From NCBI GenBank assembly GCA_035304485.1, contig DATGPZ010000202.1:1-62500 (forward strand): 62,500 nt of DNA, read 5' to 3'. Shown here in pieces: positions 36,701 through 46,031 of the stretch; the stretch's first letter is position 1, and each line of letters begins with the position of its first letter. Position numbers and translations under genes: made by a program. Source of the DNA: Acidimicrobiia bacterium. GTDB taxonomy: Bacteria; Actinomycetota; Acidimicrobiia; Spongiisociales; ZC4RG35. The notes under the pieces were generated by a model, which ran no database searches, was not told the origin of the DNA, and was given only the letters and a program-made list of their open reading frames with translations.

Positions 36701-38497
36701 ATCTTCCTCGACCCCGATCCCGACCCCGAGCGGGCGTATGAGGAACGTCGCCGCCTGTTCGAGCTACCGGGATCGAGCTGGGATGACTACGACCGGAGCG
36801 CAATCTCGGCAGGTGGTGGGGTCTACCCGCGGAGTGCCAAGAAGATCGAACTGTCGGAAGAGGCTCGCAGGGTCCTCGATGTCGAGGCGGTCACGGTCAC
36901 GCCCGCGGAGCTGATCCAGATGGTTCTCCAGGCCCCGGTCGACCTCATCTGGAACGGAGGCATCGGAACCTATGTGAAGGCGAGCGACGAGACCCACGAG
37001 GAAGTGGGGGATCGGAGCAACGATGCCGTCCGTGTCGACGGCACCGACCTCCGGGCCCGGGTCGTCGTCGAAGGGGGAAATCTCGGCCTCACCCACAGGG
37101 CGCGGATCGAGTACGCCCGCAAAGGAGGCCTCGTCAACGCCGACTTCATCGACAATTCGGCCGGCGTGCATTGTTCCGACCGGGAGGTGAACCTGAAGAT
37201 CCTCCTTCGCCTCGCCGAGGAGCGAGGAGAGATCGACCGGCCAGGGAGGGACGAACTGCTGGCGGAATCGGCCGAAGCGGTCGTAGCGGCGATCCTGGCG
37301 GACAATCTCGCTCAGGCCCATCGGCTGGCGCTCGACGAAGCCGAATCTGCCCAGCGGATCGACGCTTACGAGCAGCTCATCGCCGACCTCGAGACACGGG
37401 GCTACCTCGACCGGGATGAGGACGGCCTTCCCGATTCCGGGGAGATGGACAGGAGAGCGCGTGAACGGATCGGCCTCACCCGCCCTGAACTGGCGGTGGT
37501 TCTGGCCCACTCGAAGCGGGCATTGGCCGACGACATCGCCGCTTCGCACCTCCCGGATTCCCCCGAGATGCTCGAAGATGTTCGGGCCTATTTCCCTCCC
37601 GGCGTGATCGAGCGATTCGGCCACCTGGTGGATGAGCATCCACTTCGCCGAGAACTCACGGCCACTGTCGCCGCAAATGCGTTGATCAACTCCCAAGGCC
37701 CGACCTTCGTCGCCCGGCTGGTGCGTCGCCAGGGTGTCACCGCAGCGGAAGTCGTCTCTGCCTACAGAACCGCACGCTATGTGGCGGGACCGGAGGTTCG
37801 ATCGGAGATGGAGAGCCAGTTCGGGAAGGTCGCACCGGAGGTGTGGCGGGAAGCCATCGTGTCGGACTCGAGGTTGGTGGGGACCTTGACTCGCTGGTTC
37901 CTGCGACGCGGATCGCTGGCATCATGCGAGATCGAGGCGATGGCCGACGGACTGCGGATCCTCGAAGAGCACGCACTGGAGTGGGGCTCGCTGCATCGCC
38001 GCGCCGAGAGGAGAGCTCGCTACGAGCGGCTCCGATCGGCCGGGCTCCCGAGTGAGCTCGCCCTGAGAACCGCCGTGTCCGACGAATTGGTCCACGCTCC
38101 CGACATCTACGAAGTGGCCGAAGCCGCCCACAGGTCGCTGACCGATGTGGCTTCGGTCTTCCATCGTTTCGGTAGATCCGCGGGGCTCGACGAGCTGGAG
38201 CGCCTGGCGGCGACATCGGCCCTGGCCGATCATTGGCAGCGGTGGGCACTCCAGACCCTCGAGGACGACCTCTTGAGAGCGAGGCGGGCCCTGGCCGAGG
38301 CGGCGCTGGCGCTGTCGGAATCCGAGTCGGCCGAGTCAGCGGTCGAGAGGTTTCTCGCCTCACGCGGCGACGAGCTGCGGCGAGTCCACGAGCTGATCGA
38401 CTCGCTCGCCGCCGTCTCCGTCGAAGACGTGAGCCCATTGGTCGTTGCGTTGCGCCAGGTCGAACGGCTGGTGAGTCCGACTGGAATCAGCCCTTGA
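33743..38497 (+). CDS. gdh: NAD-specific glutamate dehydrogenase, large (~180 kDa) class
   Basis: 1584 aa. The catalytic core [40 protein letters not shown] and GITARGAW...[15 protein letters not shown] are characteristic of the Bac_GDH family. Confidence 0.9.
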   Translation: MSGDASVNEDFLLEQVLDRIGDGSPALASFARVYLQRLPYDAGMAPEPAYREVISLFDFIRSRGPRIDVRVFDPDEATHGYSSPGTVVEVHVDDTPFLVDSITAELLANEIEVVRVLHPVIGVERDATGELIAVTRPGESEFRESVQHYVLDRQLDESERRHIERRIRTVVEDVLAAVADFEEMVAVTTKMAEAAARAAGHYSDEEIQEAIAFLEWLTQDNFVFLGYREYRIVPVDGEPGLVVEPDSGLGILSDPSTSRAAEPVPLSSLPEEVQARYREGDLLVLSKTNRLSTVHHRARMDYVGVRLLSDDGRTIGELRLLGHLTSRAHMESVTRIPILRRKLAAVAESDDLVEGSHDQKAVVTLVETFPKDELFGLPTEDLRKVVLGLLALQERARVRLFVRRDLLDRGVRILVALPRERFTAELRRRLQDLFVERFGGSDADHHLSLDRSDLARLHFTVWVEGPAAPEVDFEALEAEVLELTRSWNERVADEILARGGERALVDKWARRLPDYYKASTAPVIAAGDISNLERLEASGRAALVALQNERSGPDVLTRITLYSRGGKRPLSELAPALENMGLTVVEEVPTRVAGEDELFMHDFGVLDADGHMLDVADCGDRVAAAIEAVWAGGAETDALDALVLSAGLDHRQVEVIRAYQTYWRRVSPVFTLNYVKDALASHPRVTAGLARLFALRFDPDQDGTEYADERDALLELLDEVPSLDEDRILRGLLRLIDATVRTNAYHPHRRALALKLRSADVPDVPDPRPHVETFVISPEVEGIHLRAGLRARGGIRWSERKEDYRTEVLGLMKAQVTKNAVIVPTGAKGGFVVRRPGTATPEEVQDAYEDYIRALLDVTDDLVDGEVVRPDWVRAHDGDDPYLVVAADRGTARLSDTANRIAAEYGFWLDDAFASGGATGYDHKGLGITARGAWKSLERHFFELGIDPNRDSFTAVGIGDMSGDVFGNGMLQSRSIRLVAAFDHRHIFLDPDPDPERAYEERRRLFELPGSSWDDYDRSAISAGGGVYPRSAKKIELSEEARRVLDVEAVTVTPAELIQMVLQAPVDLIWNGGIGTYVKASDETHEEVGDRSNDAVRVDGTDLRARVVVEGGNLGLTHRARIEYARKGGLVNADFIDNSAGVHCSDREVNLKILLRLAEERGEIDRPGRDELLAESAEAVVAAILADNLAQAHRLALDEAESAQRIDAYEQLIADLETRGYLDRDEDGLPDSGEMDRRARERIGLTRPELAVVLAHSKRALADDIAASHLPDSPEMLEDVRAYFPPGVIERFGHLVDEHPLRRELTATVAANALINSQGPTFVARLVRRQGVTAAEVVSAYRTARYVAGPEVRSEMESQFGKVAPEVWREAIVSDSRLVGTLTRWFLRRGSLASCEIEAMADGLRILEEHALEWGSLHRRAERRARYERLRSAGLPSELALRTAVSDELVHAPDIYEVAEAAHRSLTDVASVFHRFGRSAGLDELERLAATSALADHWQRWALQTLEDDLLRARRALAEAALALSESESAESAVERFLASRGDELRRVHELIDSLAAVSVEDVSPLVVALRQVERLVSPTGISP

Positions 38498-39905
38498 CGA
38501 CACCGAGGGGTCGAAGCCGAGCCACTGGCGAGGCGAGCTTCGCCCGATGACAGACATCGGCCACTTCGTCGACGTCTTTGTAGGCGTACGGTGCTTCCTC
38601 GGAGAGCAACGATATGGATCCTGCCCGCACGTCGACGCCGGTGAGCTCGAGTTCCGATCGTACGTCCCTGCCCGACCGCGTGCCTTTTGCCTGGCGGCGG
38701 CTCATCACCCGACCCGCCCCGTGCGCCGCCGAGTCGAAAGCGGGATTGCCCTCGACACCGCGCAAGACCCACGATGCGGTCCCCATCGAGCCCGGTACCA
38801 GGACCGGCTGGCCGTGGGGGCGCAGATCAGGGGGGAGATCGGGGTGGCCAGGGCCGAACGCACGAGTGGCACCTTTGCGGTGGACGCACACCGAGCGTCC
38901 TCGATGTTCCTCCAGCTTGGCGAGGTTGTGGGCGACGTCGAATACCAGGTCGATCCCGGCCTCAGACGAGGGGAAGGCGGACGCGAACGCCTCCCGCGTG
39001 GCATGGGCGAGGATGTGACGGTTGGCCCAGGCGAAGTTGGCCGCCGCGGCCAGCACACCCAGGTATTCCTCCCCTTCGGGGGACCGAACCGGTACACAGG
39101 CCAGTTGGCGATCCGGAACCGAGATGCCGTGGCGCTGCATCGCCTTCCCCATCACACGGAGTTGGTCGGTGCAGACCTGGTGCCCCAGTCCACGAGAGCC
39201 GCAGTGGATCATCACCACCACCATCCCCTCGGCTAGCCCGAATGCGGCTGCGGTGTCGGTGTCCTCCACTCGGTCGACCACCTGCACCTCCAGGAAATGG
39301 TTGCCGGACCCGAGGCTCCCGAGTTGGCCGCTGCCGCGCGCCAATGCGCGCTCGCTCACCGCTTCTGGACGGGCGCCGGCCGACACCCCGCCCTCCTCAC
39401 AGCGTTGCAGGTCGCGTTCGTCTCCGTATCCGGCCTCTAGCGCCGCCTCCGCACCGCGCGCCAGTACCTCGGGGACGAGAGAAGCCGGCGCGATACTGCC
39501 CATTCCAGGACCCTTGGGGATGCGCTTCTCCAACTCGTCCATCAGCCGGTTCCCGTACCGATCGAAGTCGGTCTCGTCGTACGGAGAGGCCAGCAGACGT
39601 ACGCCGCAACAGATGTCGAACCCGACACCGCCCGGCGAGACGACGCCACCTGCCTCGATGTCCGTGGCCGCCACCCCTCCGATCGGAAAGCCATAACCCC
39701 AGTGGATGTCGGGCATTGCGAAGGAAGCGTCGACGACTCCGGGTAGATGGGCGACGTTGGCGACCTGGCGGGCTGCCTGGTCTTCCTCCACCAGCTCCAT
39801 CAGACGATCGCTGGCGAAGATCCGACCCGGGACCCGCATTCCTCCCGTTCGGGGGATCTCCCACGTGACCTCGTCGATCCGTCGGAACTCGATTCGCTCA
39901 GACAT
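38487..39905 (-). CDS. rtcB: RNA-splicing ligase RtcB
   Basis: 472 aa with [31 protein letters not shown] and PGSMGT blocks typical of RtcB. Confidence 0.9.
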   Translation of the reverse strand: MSERIEFRRIDEVTWEIPRTGGMRVPGRIFASDRLMELVEEDQAARQVANVAHLPGVVDASFAMPDIHWGYGFPIGGVAATDIEAGGVVSPGGVGFDICCGVRLLASPYDETDFDRYGNRLMDELEKRIPKGPGMGSIAPASLVPEVLARGAEAALEAGYGDERDLQRCEEGGVSAGARPEAVSERALARGSGQLGSLGSGNHFLEVQVVDRVEDTDTAAAFGLAEGMVVVMIHCGSRGLGHQVCTDQLRVMGKAMQRHGISVPDRQLACVPVRSPEGEEYLGVLAAAANFAWANRHILAHATREAFASAFPSSEAGIDLVFDVAHNLAKLEEHRGRSVCVHRKGATRAFGPGHPDLPPDLRPHGQPVLVPGSMGTASWVLRGVEGNPAFDSAAHGAGRVMSRRQAKGTRSGRDVRSELELTGVDVRAGSISLLSEEAPYAYKDVDEVADVCHRAKLASPVARLRPLGVVKG

Positions 39906-40305
39906 CGAAGTACACCCTCCCGTGCCATTGCCCTCCTTCTTCGCCCACGACCAGACCGTGGTAGGTGACCGCCTTGATGGAGGGCCCGGTCATTTCGACC
40001 AGACTCAGAGGGACCGCGCTGCCGTGCATCCGGATGTTCGACCCGTCGAGGGACTCCACATCGAAGCTGGTGAAGTGGAGCTCCCTCGTCTCGGCGATGA
40101 ACAGCCACTCGGAGAGTACGTCGACGATGAGGTCCTCGATCGTCTCCGATTCCACCACGACGGTCACCTCTTCGACCGGTTCTGCGGCCGTCTCGCCCAT
40201 CGACTCGAACATCGCCAGCGCCAGTTCGACGATCAGGCGGGGAAGATTCGGAGCCTCGGCTTCGACGCCGGTGTCGGCGGTGTGGGGGAGTTGTCGACGC
40301 GACAT
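39898..40305 (-). CDS. Archease (RtcB activator)
   Basis: 135 aa. The N-terminal [13 protein letters not shown] and C-terminal [10 protein letters not shown] motifs fit archease. It overlaps the rtcB start by 8 nt. Confidence 0.8.
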   Translation of the reverse strand: MSRRQLPHTADTGVEAEAPNLPRLIVELALAMFESMGETAAEPVEEVTVVVESETIEDLIVDVLSEWLFIAETRELHFTSFDVESLDGSNIRMHGSAVPLSLVEMTGPSIKAVTYHGLVVGEEGGQWHGRVYFDV

Positions 40306-40340
40306 TCGCCTCCTCAGGAGGTGAACACCGAGCCTAGAGG

Positions 40341-40814
40341 TCAGCTCACCTCTGTACCGGGTTCCGACTCTGCGTCGGGCTCAGGTTCATCGTCGGGGAT
40401 CTTCACGACCAGTACGTCGCATGGGGCGTCATGGATCACCGCCTGGCTCGTCGAACCGAGCACCAGCGAAGCGAAGCCGCCCCGTCCTCTGGTACCGATC
40501 ACGATGAGATCGGCATCGACCTCGGCGGCGTAGTCGACGATCTCGGAGGCCGGGTAGCCCCGCCGCTCCACTTGCTTCCACACCGCAGGCACGTCCGCCA
40601 GCGTGGCGGCGAGCGTCTCCCAGGTGTGACCGTGGTCTGCTCGCTCGATCTCCTCGTCGTCGAAGGGGTAGAAACCCTGGACGGGATACACGGTCGAGGG
40701 CGGCTGAAAGACGTGGACGAGGTGGACCTCGCCGAACGTCTCGGACAGGGCGATCGCCCGTTCGGTCACGTGACGTGCTGCGGGTGAACTGTCGACCGCG
40801 GCGACTATCGGCAT
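40341..40814 (-). CDS. Universal stress protein (UspA family)
   Basis: LIVIGTRGRGGFASLVLGSTSQAVIHDAPCDVLVV ATP-binding motif. It lies 35 nt upstream of archease on the same strand. Confidence 0.8.
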   Translation of the reverse strand: MPIVAAVDSSPAARHVTERAIALSETFGEVHLVHVFQPPSTVYPVQGFYPFDDEEIERADHGHTWETLAATLADVPAVWKQVERRGYPASEIVDYAAEVDADLIVIGTRGRGGFASLVLGSTSQAVIHDAPCDVLVVKIPDDEPEPDAESEPGTEVS

Positions 40815-41067
40815 TTGTCGATCCTCCTCGTGTCAGGGTCGCGGTGCCACTCGGCACGGCCCCTCGATTGAATTGAAGCCGAATCGGGGAACAAGCCCGA
40901 ATGCGGCTCGAATGATCTCACGTCCCCAGCATGGTCGAGTTCGCGTGGATGGCGGAAGGGGCTTTAGGCCCGAACGGAGGGGAAGTTCTCGGTGTGCAGG
41001 TGTGGCATCGTCGCGTCGACGTCTCTACCGTCGGCAGGATGGAGTTGCGAGATCTGCGAGGACCGAG

Positions 41068-42087
41068 ATGCGGATAGGTGTTCTCACCGCGGGCGGCGAC
41101 TGTCCGGGGCTCAACGCCGCAATCCGGGGCGTGGTCGCCCGAGTGGTCGCCGCCGGTGAAGAGGTGGTCGGGATCCAGAAGGGATGGCGAGGCCTGATGG
41201 AGGGCCTGGCCCGCCCCCTGGGTCGAGATCAGGTCCGGGGCATCCTGTATGAGGGGGGCACCATCCTCGGCACCTCCCGTATGGATCCCTACGTGCACGG
41301 GGACGGTTACGCCTCGGTTCGAGCCACGGTAGAGGCAGAAGGAATCGACCTGCTGGTCGTCATCGGAGGAGACGGCTCCCTTCGCACCGCCGCTCGCCTG
41401 GAGAAGGAGGGCTTGCCGGTGGTGGGTATCCCCAAGACCATCGACAACGACATACCCGGGACGGAGGTCACCTTCGGGTTCCACACGGCGGTTCAGGTCG
41501 TTACCGATGCCATCGATCGTCTGACGACCACGGCCGAATCGCACAACCGGGTCATGGTCGTGGAGGTGATGGGTCGAACCGCTGGTTGGATCGCAGCCTG
41601 TGCCGGTCTGGCGGGGGGAGCGGAGGCGATTCTCGTCCCCGAGGTCGACTACGACCTGGACGACCTGGCGGACCGGCTCCGGGCTCGCCACAGCTCAGGT
41701 CACGACTATTCGATCGTCGTGGTGGCGGAAGGCACACCCGACCCTCAGGGGGAGGAGGAGACGAGCGGGGTCGACGCCTACGGTTTCGCCCGTCTCGGCG
41801 GGGTCGGCAACGTCATCGCTCATGAACTGGAGCGGCGCACCGGATACGAGTGTCGGGTGACCACCCTCGGATACCTCCAGCGCGGTGGAACCCCGACCGC
41901 CTACGACCGGATCCTCGCCACCCGGCTCGGCATCGCGGCCGGCGAACTGGCACTCGAGGGGCGGACCGGGGTCATGGTGGCGGTGCGAGGAGACCGGATC
42001 GAACCGGTGCCTCTCGACGTGGTCTCGGCTCCTCCCAGAGCTCTCGATCTGGAGCGCTACCAGGAAGCGGCCTGGTTCTTCGCCTGA
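41068..42087 (+). CDS. pfkA: 6-phosphofructokinase (actinobacterial PfkA family; ATP versus PPi dependence not decidable by eye)
   Basis: MRIGVLTAGGDCPGLNAAIRGVV, VIGGDGSLR, PKTIDNDI, VMGRTAGWIA and GYLQRGG. The start is at the ATG at 41068. Confidence 0.9.
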   Translation: MRIGVLTAGGDCPGLNAAIRGVVARVVAAGEEVVGIQKGWRGLMEGLARPLGRDQVRGILYEGGTILGTSRMDPYVHGDGYASVRATVEAEGIDLLVVIGGDGSLRTAARLEKEGLPVVGIPKTIDNDIPGTEVTFGFHTAVQVVTDAIDRLTTTAESHNRVMVVEVMGRTAGWIAACAGLAGGAEAILVPEVDYDLDDLADRLRARHSSGHDYSIVVVAEGTPDPQGEEETSGVDAYGFARLGGVGNVIAHELERRTGYECRVTTLGYLQRGGTPTAYDRILATRLGIAAGELALEGRTGVMVAVRGDRIEPVPLDVVSAPPRALDLERYQEAAWFFA

Positions 42088-42091
42088 ACGA

Positions 42092-42769
42092 TCAGGACAC
42101 CGCCACCGGCCAATCGGAAGGTGGGAAGCTGTATTCGCGTGCGGCTCGGTGTCGCACCAGATGGGCGGCGGCTGCCGAACGGTGCCGCACTCCCAACTTC
42201 GAGAGGAGGTTCGAGACGTAGTTCTTGACGGTCTTCTCGGCCAGGAACAGCTCCTCGGCGATCTCCCGGTTCGTCTTGCCTTCGGCGATCAACTCGAGGA
42301 TCGATACCTCCCGAGGTGTGAGGTCTCCCAGGCCGTCCGATTCGGGGTCCACATCCGGCACGTCGTCGAACGCCTGACGGCCTCCGACCACGCGGTAGAT
42401 CTTCTCGATCAGCTGCAGGTCGCCGGTTCGCTTGAGGACGAATCCGTCGGCTCCGTTCGCCTTCGCGTCTCGGAGTAGTCGGGTGTCGGCGTAGGCGGTC
42501 AGGATGAGGATCTTCGTCTCGGGTGAGATGGTCTTGATGGGGCGACAAGCGTCGAGTCCCGAGCCATCCGGCAGGTCCACGTCCAGTGTCACGACGTCGG
42601 GCTCCTCGAACGCCACCCGGCGGATGCCATCGGCCACCGTTCCCGCTTCTCCAACGACCTCGAGTTCGGGCTCTCGTTCCACGACTGCCTTGAGGCCGTC
42701 TCGCACCAGCGGATGGTCGTCGACCACCACGACCCGGATACGGCTTCGATCTGGGTTTCCCGTCGCCAT
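42092..42769 (-). CDS. LuxR/NarL-family response regulator
   Basis: Receiver domain RIRVVVVDDHPLVRDGL...TLDVDLPDGSG...ILILTA. LuxR HTH LTPREVSILELIAEGKTNREIAEELFLAEKTVKNYVSNLLSKLG. Only the C-terminal 225 aa of the tracked ORF are used. Confidence 0.9.
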   Translation of the reverse strand: MATGNPDRSRIRVVVVDDHPLVRDGLKAVVEREPELEVVGEAGTVADGIRRVAFEEPDVVTLDVDLPDGSGLDACRPIKTISPETKILILTAYADTRLLRDAKANGADGFVLKRTGDLQLIEKIYRVVGGRQAFDDVPDVDPESDGLGDLTPREVSILELIAEGKTNREIAEELFLAEKTVKNYVSNLLSKLGVRHRSAAAAHLVRHRAAREYSFPPSDWPVAVS

Positions 42770-42771
42770 CG

Positions 42772-43200
42772 CTACATCTCCGTTGAGGGCAGGCGGCTCT
42801 CGCTGATCGCCCACAGGAGATCTTTGATGCTGACGACTCCGACCAGGCGGTCGTTCGTCATCACCGGCATGTGCCGGTAGCCGGCCGCCATCATCCATTG
42901 AGCGGCTTCCTCGACCTCCACGTCGGGTGCGATGGAATCGGGTCTCGGGGTCATCACCGCCTCGACGGCGGTGCGGTCGGCTCGGACGCCTTCGGCCATC
43001 GAGCGGACGAGGTCCCTCTCGGTCACGATCCCGGCCAGCTTGCCGTTGTCCATCACCACCAGCGACCCAACGTCGCTTTCGACCATCTGGGCGGCAGCGT
43101 CCTTCAGGGTGGTGTCCGGAGAACAGGTACCGACCTCTCCGCCGATGAGTTCCTCGACGATCACGGTGCTCCTTTCGTGGTCGCACCCATCGTCTGTCAT
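42772..43200 (-). CDS. CBS domain pair protein
   Basis: Two CBS motifs: VGSLVVMDNGKLAGIVTERDLV and YRHMPVMTNDRLVGVVSIKDLL. Its stop lies 2 nt before the response-regulator start. Confidence 0.85.
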   Translation of the reverse strand: MTDDGCDHERSTVIVEELIGGEVGTCSPDTTLKDAAAQMVESDVGSLVVMDNGKLAGIVTERDLVRSMAEGVRADRTAVEAVMTPRPDSIAPDVEVEEAAQWMMAAGYRHMPVMTNDRLVGVVSIKDLLWAISESRLPSTEM

Positions 43201-43297
43201 CCCCGAAGGCGTGTCCCGGGGACAAGGTCCCTGGTATCAGGGCCGAAAGACCTGTTCGACCGGGTCGGGTTTCCGCTGGCCTCTGCACCGGCCTAGA

Positions 43298-43318
43298 TTG
43301 CTTAGCTATGGTAAGTAA
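43298..43318. promoter_or_regulatory. Imperfect inverted repeat TTGCTTA-N7-TAAGTAA overlapping the MarR start codon, candidate operator
   Basis: An AT-rich patch at the 5' end of the MarR gene (ATG at 43308). 6 of 7 arm positions are complementary. Confidence 0.2.
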
Positions 43319-43739
43319 CGTCGACGAGGTGGTCCTGGCCGATCGACTGCGCCTCGCCATCGGTCGCCTCGCCAGGCGTCTCCGCCAGCATTCCGTGGGT
43401 GGCCTCACTCCGTCCCAGAGGTCGGTGCTCGCCACCCTCGACCGTCACGGCCCGATGACGATGAGCCGGTTGGCGGAGATCGAAACGATCTCGGCACCAT
43501 CCGTGACGGGGATCATCAGCCGGTTGGCCGAGAAGGAACTGGTGGAGCGCCGCCCCAACCCCGAAGACGGGAGATCGGCCATCGTCGCCCTGACCGCGGC
43601 GGGCCGGGAGATGCTGGAAGCAGGCCGCCGGGAGCGAACCGCCTACCTCCTGGAGCACATAACCAGGTTGAGCGAGGAAGACCGTCGGATCGTGGCCCAG
43701 GCGATCGAGATCCTCGACCGACTGCAGGAGGAGATTTGA
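43308..43739 (+). CDS. MarR family transcriptional regulator
   Basis: LTPSQRSVLATLDRHGPMTMSRLAEIETISAPSVTGIISRLAEKELVERRPNPEDGRS is a typical MarR winged helix. Confidence 0.85.
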   Translation: MVSNVDEVVLADRLRLAIGRLARRLRQHSVGGLTPSQRSVLATLDRHGPMTMSRLAEIETISAPSVTGIISRLAEKELVERRPNPEDGRSAIVALTAAGREMLEAGRRERTAYLLEHITRLSEEDRRIVAQAIEILDRLQEEI

Positions 43740-44968
43740 GGTCACCCGCTCTCCTACGGCGGACGTTCTCCGCCTTCTCGGTCAGGAACTTCCGGCTGTA
43801 TTTCGTGGGTCAGGTCGTGTCGGTCTCGGGCACCTGGATGCAGCGAGTGGCGCAATCCTGGCTGGTGCTCGAATTGACCGGTAGCGGATCCGCGGTCGGG
43901 GGAGTGACTGCCTTCCAATTCCTGCCCATCCTCCTGCTCGCTCCGATGGGTGGGCTCGTGGCCGACCGGATGGACAAGCGCCGTGTCCTCTACCTGAGCC
44001 AGTCTCTCGCCGGGCTGACTGCGTTGATCCTCGGAACTCTGGTCCTGACGGGGAAGGTGGAGCTGTGGATGGTGTATGCCCTTGCCCTCACCCTCGGCCT
44101 CGTCGATGCCTTCGACAATCCAGCCCGGAACGCCCTGGTGATGGAGATCGTGGGCCGGTCGCGCCTGACGAATGCGGTAGGCCTCAATTCGGTCCTGATC
44201 AACGGGGCCCGGATCTTGGGGCCGGCTGTCGGCGGTGTCCTGATCGTCACGGTCGGGATCGCCGCCTGCTTTCTCATCAACGCCGCCTCGTACCTCGGGT
44301 TGATCGTCGCCCTGATGCTCATGCGGGAAGACCAGATGGAACGCCCTGTCCCCGAGCGCCGGAAGAAAGGCCAGCTAAGGGAGGCCTTTCGTTACGTCAG
44401 GAGCGAACCGGTGTTGGCGGTCCCTTTGGCGATGATGGCGGTGGTCGGCCTGTTCACCAACGAATTCGAAGTGACGCTGCCGCTGATGGCCCGGTTCACC
44501 TTCGGAGGGGATGCCGACACCTTCGGCCTGATGTTCGCAGCCATGGGGGTGGGTGCTGTCATCGGAGGCCTGTGGACCGCGACCCGGGGGGAGAGACCGG
44601 GTCGAGCGTTGATCCGGTTGTGCTACGGCCTGGCTGTAGCCGTGGCGGCGGCTGCTTTCGCCCCCTGGCTGTGGCTGGAAGTCGTCACGCTCGTGGCGGT
44701 GGGAATCACCTCCACCAGCTTTCTCACGTTGGGCAACTCCGTCCTACAGCTCGAGTGCACGCCGGCCATGCGGGGCCGGGTCGTCGCCTTGCGGGCGGTG
44801 GCGATCCTCGGCGCTCGCCCGCTCGGTGCGCCGCTCGTGGGTTGGATCGGTGAACACCTGGGACCGCGCGTCGGCTTGGCCGTGGGAGCAGCGGCCGCTC
44901 TGTTGGTAGGCGTTTGGGCGCAGGCGCGCGTCAAGCGCTACGACAGCGAACGTGCTCAGGCGGCTTGA
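43736..44968 (+). CDS. MFS transporter (EntS/DHA3-like)
   Basis: 410 aa with 12 TM segments and the motif GGLVADRMDKRRVL (MFS motif A). Overlaps the MarR stop. Confidence 0.85.
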   Translation: MRSPALLRRTFSAFSVRNFRLYFVGQVVSVSGTWMQRVAQSWLVLELTGSGSAVGGVTAFQFLPILLLAPMGGLVADRMDKRRVLYLSQSLAGLTALILGTLVLTGKVELWMVYALALTLGLVDAFDNPARNALVMEIVGRSRLTNAVGLNSVLINGARILGPAVGGVLIVTVGIAACFLINAASYLGLIVALMLMREDQMERPVPERRKKGQLREAFRYVRSEPVLAVPLAMMAVVGLFTNEFEVTLPLMARFTFGGDADTFGLMFAAMGVGAVIGGLWTATRGERPGRALIRLCYGLAVAVAAAAFAPWLWLEVVTLVAVGITSTSFLTLGNSVLQLECTPAMRGRVVALRAVAILGARPLGAPLVGWIGEHLGPRVGLAVGAAAALLVGVWAQARVKRYDSERAQAA

Positions 44969-44991
44969 TCTTTCGCCGGGTGGTTCTGCCG

Positions 44992-45282
44992 TCAGAGGAC
45001 TTTCTCGTAGAGGACGTTCAGGTTCTCGTACTTCGGGCTGCCGTCCACCATCTCGGCGAGTCGCTTCGCCCAGCTCTGGGTCTCCGGTCGGGCGTTGCTC
45101 GCCTCGGCGTGGTCCCAGGAGTCGAAATCGACCTGGATCACGTACTTGTTGGGCTTGTCCCGGAAGCGCAGCAAGCGGATGCCGGTCAACCCGTCGGGGA
45201 AAGAGCTGGAGTCGTCCCGAACGAGATTGAGGAGTGCGTCGCCGTCGGTGGCCTCGACAACGATGTGCTGGGTGAACTTCAC
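44992..45282 (-). CDS. Small hypothetical protein (possibly dimeric alpha-beta barrel/ABM-like)
   Basis: 96 aa from the GTG at 45282 (VKFTQHIVVEATDGDALLNLV...), with a GGGAG RBS upstream. The longer tracked ORF extension is Pro/Arg/Ser-rich. Confidence 0.45.
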   Translation of the reverse strand: MKFTQHIVVEATDGDALLNLVRDDSSSFPDGLTGIRLLRFRDKPNKYVIQVDFDSWDHAEASNARPETQSWAKRLAEMVDGSPKYENLNVLYEKVL

Positions 45283-45418
45283 GGCGAAACCTCCCGGTCG
45301 ATTCGTTGGGCACCGGCAAGGTTGGAGCCTAACCAGCGAGCGTGGCGGATTGCGAGGAGGGCAGGGATATGGAACGCCAGCCTGATAGCGTCGTGCGAGA
45401 ACCGTAGAGAGGAGCGAG

Positions 45419-46024
45419 ATGACGGAGCTTGACGAGTCGTCATCGGGGCTCAGGACGAGCCTGCGAAGAGGGATCGCCCGCACGTGGTGGACGTTCGTCT
45501 TTCGCGGCCTGGTCGCCGTCGGGTTCGGGTTGGCCGCACTCGTGTGGCCCGAGATCACGCTGCTGGCGCTGGTGCTCTTGTTCGGGGCCTTCTCCCTCGT
45601 CGATGGGGTGGTGGCCGTCCTGGCCGGTTTCACGGGACGAGAATCGATCCGCTGGTGGCTCGTGATCTGGGGGCTGGTGGCGGTTGCCGCCGGGGTGATC
45701 GTCTTCGTATGGCCGGGGATCAGCGCCTTGGTGCTCGTCTACGTGGTGGCGGCGTGGGCGATCGTGACGGGCGCGACCGAGATCGCGGCCGCCATCACCT
45801 GGCGGCGCGAGATCGACAACGAGTGGGTGTTGATCGTCGCCGGTGTGCTGTCGATACTGGTGGGCGGGATCCTGGCGATCCAGCCGGGCTCGGGCGCCCT
45901 GGCGTTGGTATGGCTGATCGGAGCTCACGCGGTGGTGCTCGGAGTCCTGCTGGTGATCGTGGGCTTCCGCGTCCGCGAACTGGGTCGTCACCTCCCCGGC
46001 GGTTCCGAATCGCCGATCGAGTGA
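45419..46024 (+). CDS. HdeD/DUF308 family membrane protein
   Basis: Repeated WW..(L/V).G(I/L/A)..(I/V)..G pattern across 6 TM segments (WWTFVFRGLVAVGFGLAALVWP ...). Confidence 0.7.
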   Translation: MTELDESSSGLRTSLRRGIARTWWTFVFRGLVAVGFGLAALVWPEITLLALVLLFGAFSLVDGVVAVLAGFTGRESIRWWLVIWGLVAVAAGVIVFVWPGISALVLVYVVAAWAIVTGATEIAAAITWRREIDNEWVLIVAGVLSILVGGILAIQPGSGALALVWLIGAHAVVLGVLLVIVGFRVRELGRHLPGGSESPIE

Positions 46025-46031
46025 AGAGGTC

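Noticed and set aside
40815-41067. 253-bp untranslated region upstream of pfk; checked for an RNA gene or leader structure.
   Set aside because: I found only a trivial 5-bp hairpin (GTGCC-actc-GGCAC) and no recognisable RNA family or small ORF with coding bias. It is most simply a divergent promoter region.
42770-43435. N-terminal 220-aa extension of the response-regulator ORF (42092..43435).
   Set aside because: The extension is Arg/Gly/Pro-rich and overlaps the well-supported CBS-pair gene in another frame. The receiver domain begins right after the Met at 42769.
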